A stretch of 62,591 nucleotides of DNA, the filler included, from Sphacelaria rigidula (Eukaryota), in assembly GCA_964200075.2 (NCBI GenBank). It is 6 parts of 6 records of this genome, joined end to end, with 100 filler letters (N's around TTAATTAATTAA, not from the genome) between each part and the next. Parts side by side here need not be neighbours in the genome. Positions count along the whole stretch, not along the records: positions 1 to 10,352 come from CAXNAA020006677.1; positions 10,453 to 20,803 come from CAXNAA020006678.1; 4 more parts are not named here. One strand, 5' to 3'. The position numbers were made by a program, and so were the translations under genes. Of this stretch, positions 1 through 10,740 are shown in pieces. The notes beneath the pieces were generated by a model, which saw nothing but the letters and a program-made list of their open reading frames with translations, searched no databases and was not told the origin of the DNA. The first letter of the stretch is position 1; every line of letters starts with the position of its first letter.

Positions 1-799
1 AAAAACCCGGAGGGAAAACGGTCAAAATGGCGTGTTTGCCTCTTTTTGCGTTTCTGGCCATTTTTCGTACCTTCCTTGGTCAAAAACCGAGAAGGTATAC
101 CTTTTCTAGGCCATTGCCCGTTTTTTTTTGTCCACGATTGGGTAAATTTCCATATATAATGCAGGTTCTGGTACATCTGGACTTACAGTGAAACGGAGGG
201 TCTGGTACGTTTTTACCTGTAAATGTATGTGATGTTACTCGGTGATATCGAGAAAAAATCCGCTGGGCGAACTGCAGGCGAGGCAATCGCCGAAATATCC
301 ACCTGCAAGCTCTGCTCCAGTGCACTGTCACCTAACATCGCTAGAAGGACACTACCACAACGACCTTGCCGGCTGCCAGACTGTCACAGACTGTCAGGAT
401 GTAGGATCCGCTAGCATTGCGACCGTCTGTACGGGGATGTTGCCCCCTTGTCAGTTACGTTCTGGGGCATGATTCTCGATGTAGATTATCCTTAACAACG
501 TCTTCGTGAGATTGAGAGTAGAGGATACGATCGAGAGTGAAAATCGGTCAATCGGTGAATGAGTCGATTCAGTTCCGGAATGCCCCTCCACGAGGCCCGA
601 TATACTTTCTGTAGTAGCTTGCCACTGCGGCCCTTGATATCCCTGAGTAGGATATCGACGTGTGGCTGTGAGCACACGCTAGTGATAAAAGGCAAAGAAA
701 AGCACACACGGAATGAAAAAATGGTTCGGTAAAAGCAAGTTATCGAAGGCACTCTCAGTCAGCGCTCTACCCTCAATCTTACGAAGGCGTTGTTCCTTG

Positions 800-1500
800 T
801 ACATGGGCACCAAACGCTGGGGGTTCTTACTCAAGACTTCGATTTGGAGGATGATACTAGGTGGGCAGCGGCAACTGCTGTTTGTCCAGGTCCCCCTTGA
901 AGCAGGATGCGTTTGGTGTGCGTTTGACGAAGTGATCCCCAACAAAAACGAAATTGATGGGGGTTTTAGACTGGAAAAATCTAGCAAAACAATTGTTGCA
1001 AGAATCCCGACGCAAAAAAACTATCGCAAGTATCCGATCGCAAGAATCCTGACGCGAAAGCGGAGTCGCAGAAAACCACTCGGTCGATGTTTCACCCGCA
1101 GCAGAAACCAACTTTCACTTTGTGAAATTGGAATGAAGATCACCCTTTCTTTTATATGGGCATCAAACGCTGGGGGTTCTCACTCAAGACTTCGTTTAGG
1201 AGGATCATACGCGGTAGACAGCGAAAACTGCTGTGTGTTCAGGTGCCCCTTGGAGTAGGATGCATTTGGTGTCTGTTTGACGAAGTGATCCCCAAAAAAC
1301 CGAAATTGATAGGGGTTTTAGAGTGAAAAAATCTAGCAGAAACATTATCGCAAGGATCCGATCACAAGAATGAAAAAAACGATCGCAAGAATCAGGTCGC
1401 AAGAATCTTGACGCAAAAACGGAGTCGCAAAAAACCAGTTGATCGATTTTTTACCCGCAGCAGAAACTAATTTCACTTCATGAAGTTATGAAATTGGAAC
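800..1500. repeat. Diverged tandem duplication, ~355-bp unit
   Basis: atgggcaccaaacgctggggg..gcagcagaaaccaactttcac is repeated at about 802-1135 and 1156-1500. Confidence 0.85.
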
Positions 1501-3746
1501 AACAAATTCGTATTCAATTTCCCTCAGGTCACACCCTCCCACTAGAAGTGGGTGACCGTCGCGAGAATGGAATTTTAATCTTAACTTGTACATCCCAGAC
1601 GAAGAAACTTCGGGTTGAAGGGTCAGAGTTCAATTCGAAATCTGATTCAGTTCGCCGGTTTAACACAACTCTCTCGGTGCGAAGTAGTCAATCTGAGTAC
1701 AGTATGTGTCAAGGCAAATCTTCTTGACTTCGTTCGAATGAAGGAATACTTGGGCAGAGAAAAAAAATCATTGTCGCAGTTAAAACGTGACACTGTCATT
1801 TTCAAGGTCCGAAATCCAACTTGATGGTTCAACTTTCAACTTGAATGTTCGACGGTCGAGGTAAAAGCTTTCATGTTGAACTGAATCTCCGGGTTCACCA
1901 CTCTTGGCCTCACGCTTTTGAGGATGATCGACTTCTTCATCATCACACACAAACTCCATATTGTTCGACCTATATTACTCCCTTACACACCCCAGCGAAA
2001 AATACAGTATCCTACGCCGCGCACTCAGTTCTGCCTGGTCAACGTGTCTCTTGCAGCCCGACGGTGCCTCAACTATCGTTTGGTACGTTTGCGAGGACCA
2101 TTTGACATGTCCATTCCCCTTCTTCCTCGTGATCGACACTGTAAGGACGTACGTCGTCCCTGTGAGCTCCCAGCTATGGAGCGTGGTCATTTAGCTTCAT
2201 CAACAGCCACACGCTCTACCCTTCTGCCCTATTCTCCTTCCCGGTCTTACCCTACTCTGAACCCTTCCGTGCGAGCAATGTCTTCCTATTCCATTCTTTC
2301 CTTGGTCTATCTATCGAGGCATATACCTTCCACGTTCGTCTCACGGCTAGGGTGCAGCCACCTCAGTCCGCGTCGCCGCTAGTTCTAACAGTCCACCACG
2401 TCTGATGCTTTCTCACTCGTGTTTGATATCGTTGGACTCGTTTTCCGCGACGTCCCAATCCCACGTAAAGCTCCCCACCTGCGGAGTTGAGCTTAATTTC
2501 CAGGCCGTTGACGTTGATATACATACAACGGACCTGGGCATACGCCAGCTATTGCTTTTTGACGTGTTTGCCGCACCCGTCTAGGCTACCTCAAACCCGA
2601 CAAGGGTCAAAATATCAAAGAAATCAAACAAGCGTGCCGTGCCAACCTTCCCTAGGACCGATGGGACTCGTCTCTGATAGGTGCGAGTGATAGTGAGAAA
2701 ATACAAGAAAGAGTAGCCCAAACTAAGATATCATGTCCAGACCCCTTGACTGCGACTTACTGCATAACAGCTATTGCAAGTCAGTGCACACCAGAAACGG
2801 TGGCTTTCGACTTGATTGGCGTGCGTGAATACTCTTGCGATCAAGATCCCGAAATCTTCGCTCCTTCAGAAAGAGTTGAAACTAAGAAGACATTACAAGC
2901 GCTAGTTTAACAATAAAAATCATTTCTGGAGAGGCACCACGCTTCCCCATTCCTTGGGCGCGTTAAATGGGACTTGTGGCTATTAAATGGAACTGATTGG
3001 GTGGACGTGATCCAAATGAATCACCAGTTGAAGAGAAACGGAACAAGGTGGGCCAACTACACTGTAGTAGTAGATTCCCGGTGAGGTGGCACCTAGTAGG
3101 AGGTAGAACCTGCAATGAAGGATGTGTTCTCGACTGGTCAAAACTTCTAGCACATGATCTCCACTATTTCGGCGAATCATTCGCAACAAGATGAGTAGTC
3201 TCGTGCTGTCACCGTGCCGCCTCATGGCGAGTCCACGTGTGTACGTATGTACGAGCCACATCGACACGTTCAACGCTACTCAAGCAAACAGAATATGGAG
3301 GCGGCGGAGGGAGGGTACGCCGCTCCAGATGGGCTTCGAATGGACACGTTTTTAATAAACTCGGCATCTTTTTCATTTTGACCTGAAAATAACTGAAAGT
3401 GATGCCGATTCACAACAAACAAAAATCGTCGATGGGTTGCAAAAGGGTCAAGGTTGCATTGTACACAAAGCTCGCAAAAAAGTTGAAGGCTCTTCATGTG
3501 CAAGACCAGCTCCCCTGTGGCCGTCTTTTGAACGGGCGGTTCGAGTGAAAGTCTCACACATGGCCATTTTTCAATCGATTCAGGAGCATGGACACTTGAT
3601 AAACTAAGTGTACCGCACGTCATATGTAAATACTTGAAATATTTCAACTTCTGTGTAGTCGACAACATCGACATTTACCGAACGGCAACATGACGCGTAG
3701 GCTTGAGTCCGAATTCGATCGGTATCCATGTCTTAGTCACCACACG

Positions 3747-3850
3747 TCAGCTAGTTTTGCCATCGTCGGAGCAGATGATTTGAATTTTGAGAGCACCTTT
3801 CTTCTTTGCCGCCACCAGGGCCTCGTGAGCTTCCGATAGGGGAAACACGC
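3747..3850 (-). CDS. Zinc-dependent MDR-family dehydrogenase, last exon
   Basis: AAG acceptor, phase 1. Translates GVFPLSEAHEALVAAKKKGALKIQIICSDDGKTS*, a typical MDR C-terminus (FPL..A..A....G.LK), with TGA at 3749-3747. Not present in the ORF track. Confidence 0.88.
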
Positions 3851-4225
3851 CTTTCGATGTACAAGTTAGGCATCATTAGTATATGCAGAGCGAAAGGGGA
3901 AGGAGCAGCAAGCACAGAGACAACGACCATCGCGGCAGGGGAAACACGACAGGACGAAGGGCAACCGAAAAAGGCGAATGATATGGGTTGGCCATGCGAA
4001 GCTAAGAGGATCCACGGCTACAGTAATGAAGAGCGTGAATCTAGGCGTGTTAGTTCATATGCGAACTCTATCTTTCCAAACAATATACTTCATCACTTTC
4101 TGTGTTGTGTCTCTTGCAATGACCCCCCCCCCTCCCCCGCGGGCTGTCTCTACGGTTGGCATTGTTTCGTCACCACATGTCCGCACGAGATTACTTCTCG
4201 TACCCCAGTCCTATTTCGCACACAC

Positions 4226-4395
4226 CTGAGATGTATTTTTCGACATCAATTGCGTCTTCGGCGGTTGACGCCAGGAGCTCCAGGGCTGCTTCAAACGGAC
4301 CGCATCTCGATCCCACCACTCGCTGCTCGTTGATCACCAGTGGCGCGGGGTTGAAGCTGCCGCCGGTTGCACAAGTCGACTTGAGCACCACAGTC
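4226..4395 (-). CDS. Zinc-dependent MDR-family dehydrogenase, penultimate exon
   Basis: ACAG acceptor and GTGTG donor, with phases matching both neighbours. Translates TVVLKSTCATGGSFNPAPLVINEQRVVGSRCGPFEAALELLASTAEDAIDVEKYIS. Confidence 0.9.
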
Positions 4396-4926
4396 CTGTT
4401 TTTTTCCAAGTAATAATTGGTTTAGATGTGTCCAATACCATTGAAAACCACAATGAAGAACAAAAATATGTTTGCACCACACGAACACCAGGAAAAACAC
4501 CATTGCAATACAAGTCGACACACGCCAATATATGCGTCCTGGAGGACACACGCAATCAATCGAGGGATGAGAAAATAAGCATGCCTTCACGGAAGTCTTA
4601 ATCGCTTCGCATCTCCATGCTCCAAAAATTGTTGAGACAGCTAGTCCAAAGACAAATCTCCACAGCTTCAACCACGCCCGCAGAGGCCACGTGCTCCTTC
4701 AGTCCACATTTTCAACCACCGAAGCCGCGCAGTTTCCCCTTCCAGCTTCACCGCACATGCGGACAACCAACAGCAATAACTCTTCACTACGTAATACATG
4801 AACTAGCATATCCAACCCTTACTCACGTCATCGGCCAACGCCTCGCAAAACAATGCAAAGCCAAGACAACAGACGTGACCACACCCCCAAGCGTACCCAC
4901 CCACCCACGAAAATACACATACACAC

Positions 4927-5390
4927 CCCATCGGCCGGCATAGCTGAGACGCAGAAGCCAAGCCTGTAGGGCTCCCCGTCGCATCCACGACAACATCAAA
5001 CCCTCCGGTCATTGCCTCCACCGCTGTCTCCTCAGCAACGTTTACGCGACGGATCTTCAGTCCCCCTTTCCCCTCTGGCCCCTCCTCCTTTACATCACCA
5101 CAATCCTTTCCCAACTCCTCCTCACCGCCTCCTCCTCCATCTAAACCTGTTAGCCTGGTGCAGCACAAGTCCATCTTCTCCTTATGCCTTCCAATTATAG
5201 TGGTTCCCCCAAGCCCACCCGTACCGCTGGGCCGCCTGGCGAGGACCTCGGCAATTAAAAGACCCAGCTTGCCATCACCCAACACCGCCGCGGTGGCCTC
5301 TGAGGGTACCAAGCCTTGCTCTACTATCCGGCAAGCGGCGGCGAGCGGCTCGGCGAAGACGGCAGCGGCGTCAGTGACGTTGTTGGGTAC
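4927..5390 (-). CDS. Zinc-dependent MDR-family dehydrogenase, internal exon (Rossmann fold)
   Basis: CCAG acceptor and GTGTGT donor. Translates VPNNVTDAAAVFAEPLAAACRIVEQ..VLGDGKLGLLIAEVL..FDVVVDATGSPTG..CRPMG, with the EPLAAA and GxGxxG motifs. Confidence 0.92.
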
Positions 5391-6146
5391 CTGGGTTCGT
5401 TGATGGCGCATCGTCCACTTAGCACATTTGGATTTTTCTCTCTCTCTGGTTCAGTCATTTTGGGTCACTTATTTTGAGGACAGAAATTGAAAATCGACCA
5501 AACGGCACATATCGGCTGGCTCTTTTGCAGCCTTTCTTTGGAAAACGGCCAAGTGGATCATGCCACCCCGGAATAACTTGCCCCATACTATCTGACAGGA
5601 TTACCGGACACTTCGGCGTTTCTTTGGTGCACGCAGGTTGACTTCAGGCCGGAGAAAAGGCCTGAGCTTTTCTTTGGGGCTTCCCACATCACAAAAGTAC
5701 ATACATTTTTTCGTGAATTGGCAACTTTTGGACAACAACGCACATCATAATTTCATCTTTTTATTTGTTTATTTAACCTGAGCGCATCAAAAACCGCCAA
5801 TTCGTCCTGGAGTTCTCCCGGATAGTGGAGCAAGTCATTCCGAGGTGGTATAATCCGGCTGGCCTTCTTTCCACCCGCAAAAACGGTGCCAAAGGGCCAA
5901 TATGTGCACGCTTGATCGGTTTGCACCTGTGGCGCAATTGCAAGAAGAAGCCTTAGCTTCTTGAGTTAGCCTCCCGGGTCTCCACTGTGATAGAAGTGCG
6001 TAGACTTTGCTTCTGCACGCAAGCTCAACATGCGTTCAACGGCGAACGTATCCTTACGAAGCAAGCCTAGCGATTGCGGGGAATTCTTTATCGGAACAAG
6101 TAGTCCGGGTACCGGCAATTGACAATTGCTTTCATGGGCCGCTCAC

Positions 6147-6286
6147 CACGTGGAGGTTTCGGCACGGAAGCGTCAGGTACTCAGCGTAGGTACCGTGCTT
6201 ACCCAAGATGCCCAGGACCGTGCGGTTCGGGCAATGATTGCGGGCGCGATCGCCGCCGCCTTTGCAGACTGGGCATGACGCGCAGG
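6147..6286 (-). CDS. Zinc-dependent MDR-family dehydrogenase, internal exon (structural zinc lobe)
   Basis: GCAG acceptor at 6288-6287 and GTGAGC donor at 6146. Translates (A)CASCPVCKGGGDRARNHCPNRTVLGILGKHGTYAEYLTLPCRNLHV, the CxxCxxC..C structural Zn motif plus G.YAEY. Phase 0 joins the next exon. Confidence 0.9.
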
Positions 6287-6989
6287 CTGCACGAAACAAA
6301 ATGCGAGCAGCGAGCATCGGGAAGTAGATGGATGCAAACGTGAAAATTTTTCAGCATCCTATTCCCTCATCACATTACATTCTCATACATGGGGAACGAA
6401 CACTCCTGGGGCACATACGACATAGGCCATCAACGTTCATGTACTGAAGGTGAGCCTGCCGTTGCCGGCTCTTCGTGCGCAACCGAATGTACAATGACAA
6501 TCCGTACAGGCTGACTAATGGTTCCTTCCCCCCTCCCCCTCCCCCCCGTTCCACCACATAATGAACTGTATTGTGCTTCGGATTGGTTTTTCTTCCCCCT
6601 GTACTGTGGCATTTGATGAACGACATATTTTCCTTCGCCCGTCTCCGCAAGCATCAACTCTAGTTCTCGGAGGCCCTTGTCCGACAGGATGAAACACGCC
6701 TTCCAAGGTGCATGATGCTCGGACGGTTAGCCGCACAACGACCCAAGGAGGCTGGCTGCCCTCTCATAACACTGGCGGGACCACCTTCAGGAGAACCTGC
6801 ACTATTTGTGGGCTCTTCCATACAAGGGAGCACGACGGAAATGGTCCCTCTATGATGTGGACGTCAAAAGACGGACATGATTAGATCACTGCGGCGAAGA
6901 ATATAGGCAAATGGCTCCTTGGATTCGAGAAAGGGCGAGAGAGTTAAAGGAAAAGTGGCGACGTGAAGACAACCGAGATCAAGACATTT

Positions 6990-7420
6990 AACACAAGGTT
7001 TCACGAATTGGGGATAACTTTTTATTGAGGATGAGAACCCGGAGAATCGAAATCTTCGTATCCACACCAAGTCTTCGAAATGTAGTTCCACTCCTTCACC
7101 TACTGTTACCTATTGACAACTACTACACGCCATTCAAACTTGGATCCTGATAACCGAGATGTTGGGTTCCTAGGTGAAAAACTAATTTTGGGTGATTTCG
7201 GCGATCTGATTGGATCATATAAATTCTCCGGTCACCTAGGACCCCAACATCTCGGCTATAGAAATCCAAATTTGAATGGCGTGTAGTAGTTGTCAAAAGC
7301 TACCAGTAGGTGCAGGAATGGAACTATATCTCGAAGATTTGGTGCGGATACGAATATTTAAATTCTCCGGATATCTCATCCTCAATAAAAATCCATCCCC
7401 AATTTGTAAAATCCCGTGTT
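6990..7420. mobile_element. Foldback MITE, almost fully palindromic
   Basis: About 190-bp inverted arms (gtatccacaccaagtcttcgaaa / ctcgaagatttggtgcggatac). A second copy lies at 30559-30971. Confidence 0.85.
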
Positions 7421-8684
7421 CGCAAACGAGAGACTGCTCCGCCGGGAGCCGCCAATCGCAGAGCCACCAACGCTTACGCAATAACGATGACAGCTCACGA
7501 GGAATCCAGAATGGGCATGGTCGAGAGAGTGAGTGACCCACTTTGTACCCGACTGGGGATGAGCGGGGGGACAGAAACTGATCTAGCTCTGTCTTCTCTT
7601 ATCGGCTGTTGACATTTTGTTGGCTTGTGGCCTTACGGTGTTCCTGGTAGGGCTCCTCCTGTACATTGTTCCCCTTCGTCCTTGGGATTCATCGCTTCCG
7701 TGTTTCCCTTCTTCTCTATTCTCGTGTTCCCTCTTTCTCTCCCCCTCTTTCTCTCTCCTCCCTCCCATTCTTCTTTCCTTTCAGCGCTAATGCAGCGGCA
7801 GTTGGATGCCTTTTCTCCGGAGGGCTCATGGGTAGGAGCTCATGCGCAAAAGGTGTGGTCCGAAATAGCTGAGCCGTGATCTGCTCCGGCGGCCTCCTTC
7901 GCCCGTAGTTATGCTACAGGGCTCGGCTATTTCTAGTTTAATTTCGCGTTTCGTTCCAAATTATTCTCCATTCCTCCCCTTTCCTCTCTCTGCTTCGTTT
8001 TGTCCTTGTTCGTGCCCTTGCTTTTCGGCTTACTCCGCATGTCCCATCTATCGATAAATCTGTTGTTTTTCTCGCTTGTATGCTTGAACAGTTATTCCCA
8101 CTTGTGTTTTTCTTGAGCGACCGTTTCCATTTTGATCATCTCGGGTACGTTTATCTTGTAGATTATGGCCACGGCTGGGTTCCGCAGGGTTCACTTGATG
8201 TGTGACAATCAATATTTCTCTGTACAAGGCTATTGGTGGACTGATCGCCCAGAAACGCAATGTACTGATGATGCCAACTGCTACAGAAAAGCGTGTGTAT
8301 ATGCATATGTATATACACATATATATATATATGTGTGTGTAGAACGGTAATATCTCGTGACTTCTCAAGGCTTGTGTAAAATATACATGGTTTCCACCGT
8401 CAGGTGGCATCACTGCACTGAGGTCCACGATCATGAGTTTACTGCTAGCCACATGCGAGGAACATAGTAGTTTATGGGACGGATGTGAGAATTCGGTTTT
8501 GTATGAAGCATTGCTAGTCCGGCCGAAAGTCAGACTTGGGGTGGGACAGATGATAAAAGTGTCCTGGAGTCGTCCGAAAAGAGTACAGATAACCTTTCCG
8601 CGGTCGAATGACCCGCCAAGTTCCTTTTTCGGGCAGAAACCTAGGTCGAACCACTACATTGTTTCAGATACTATTCAAGATCAT

Positions 8685-9400
8685 CAACACGCTTCGGGCC
8701 GAACAATCTTAGCAAGCCGCAGCTCACCCTTCATGCTACTCCCCGAACACATCACGGCGTTTCGCGCTTGGTGATGGATTGCGAGCCTGGTCTGGCGATA
8801 ACCCGGCGTGCTCCGTCCCGACTTTGTAGGGATGCAAGGTCAATGATCTCATGACTACGGCATGCAAGATCATGAGAACACCTCACCACCACCACCGTAG
8901 GGTGCAGCGCAATGACCAGGTAACTCCAAAAATCACCCACCTCACCGGTTCTTTCGATCGTCACATCAGTTCGATCTATTCCATCTTCCGAATGGTGAGG
9001 CACCCATGAGGCAGTGTGCAGGACGTGGGTGTCTCTGGAAGTGGCGATGCCAGAAAATGAAGTGATTCATTGGAGGCTGTCATCCAAACGCAAGAAAATC
9101 AGTAGGCTTCGGGCCGAACATTCTCAGCAGGGTGCAGCTCACCCTTCATGGGGCTTGCCGAACACATCACAGCGCTTCGGGCTTGGTGATTAATCCCGAG
9201 CCTGGTCCGGCGAAACCCCGGCGTGCTCCGCCCCGGCTTCGTAGGGATGGGAGGTCCATGGCCACATGACCACGGCATGCGAGATGCAAGATCATAAGTA
9301 CACCGCCCCCCCACTGCAGGGTGCAGCGCAGTGGCCAGGTAACTCCAAAAATCAGCCACGTCACCGGTGCATTTCAATCATCACATCAGTCCGATCTTTC
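8685..9400. repeat. Dispersed ~420-bp repeat in tandem copies
   Basis: cttcgggccgaaca..gcagctcacccttcatg at about 8692 and 9107. Reverse-orientation tandem copies at about 27820-28630 and 31353-31760. Confidence 0.8.
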
Positions 9401-10352
9401 GAACTTGCGGTCAATCCATACAATCTCTCGGTAAGAGCAAATCCTGGCGCCGAGTACAGGAAGGATATTTCAACACGTGAGCCAAACTTCATATTCAGGA
9501 GTTATGACCACGTCTAGTAGCCTAAAAGCACTTTGATCTCCCGTGCAGCCCTCCCCTCCCCCGCAAAATTTGGCCTCGAAGAAAAAAACTGAGTTTGGCG
9601 CCCGGACTGACGGACTGAAAGATATGCCACCCTTGTTAGGATGAGAAAAGCATTGCGCCCATCACGATTACATGTCCGGTTACGAAATGTTTTTTTTATG
9701 ATCGCCACAAACTATATGGCTGTCTCTTGATCATGCGTGTACCCAAGTCCCTTTTAGTCGCATGGCAACACGGTCACGCTTCACTTACAAACATAGGACT
9801 GGAATGGCTCCATTCGTATTTAGGACTCGATAACAGATGCTGTCTGATATTAGGGCTGCTCTATGAGTATCTTCAGCAAACGAACAGTTCGCCCCTCGAA
9901 CCCAGTGACCTCTGACTAGTTCGATGGGTGAACCTTTCGCGCCCTGAACCAAAGATTCGGTTCCAGAACAGAGCATGCCTAGGAATCATGCGAACGGTAA
10001 GAAAACCATGATTAAATGTGAAGAGTCGATGCACTCAGTATGTGACAGGTGTCACGTTCATTTTCAAAATTCGACAACAGCGATGCCGCTCTGGGTACGA
10101 CTACGTTGAATCTTGGTCAATCATTCTTCGCTCTGTAGAGAATTTTGCAACCGAGCGAGGGTTCATGCTGACACAGGGGTCACAACTGACGCACAAAACA
10201 TGTTAATGCATCCAATTGACGGGTCCGGAAGTACCATTAACCCTTTTGGGACCGGACCACCATTAACACAGGGTTGACCCTGCGTTAGTGGAATAATGAA
10301 AAAAAAGTCTTCGAGCGACCTACCCAGTCACAGCGAGGCGAAATTCATCGAC

Positions 10353-10452
10353 NNNNNNNNNNNNNNNNNNNNNNNNNNNNNNNNNNNNNNNNNNNNTTAA
10401 TTAATTAANNNNNNNNNNNNNNNNNNNNNNNNNNNNNNNNNNNNNNNNNNNN
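10353..10452. other. Artificial contig linker N44-TTAATTAATTAA-N44 (also 20804-20903, 31253-31352, 41700-41799, 52146-52245)
   Basis: Five identical 100-bp spacers with stops in all six frames. Confidence 0.98.
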
Positions 10453-10529
10453 AAACAAAGTTGGACAATCTCTGAGAAACTAAGAAATTACGGATTCTGC
10501 ATACTTCTGATGCTGACTACTGTAGGCTG

Positions 10530-10740
10530 TGTAATGCGTGAGAGGACCGCATGCTTAGAGGACCGCATCGGGATTTGAACATCCCTACGGTTAGGATTAG
10601 GGTTAGGGTTAGTGTTAGGGTTATGGTCAGGGGTGTGGTACCTCAAGGGACGGACCCGATTGTTTTTGAAAAACGTCGATCCTGACGCGTTTTGAACTAC
10701 GGCACGGTCCTCTAAGTGCGCGGTCCTCTCACGCATTACA
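10530..10740. mobile_element. 211-bp MITE with TG..CA ends, 5-bp TSD and internal TTAGGG tract
   Basis: TIR TGTAATGCGTGAGAGGACCGC..GCGGTCCTCTCACGCATTACA flanked by GGCTG on both sides. Other copies at 20731-20803 (partial), 46622-46712 (partial) and 46729-46951. Confidence 0.9.

Noticed and set aside
10397..10408. Recurrent TTAATTAATTAA palindrome inside N runs
   Set aside because: Artificial six-frame-stop linker, identical at all five joins.
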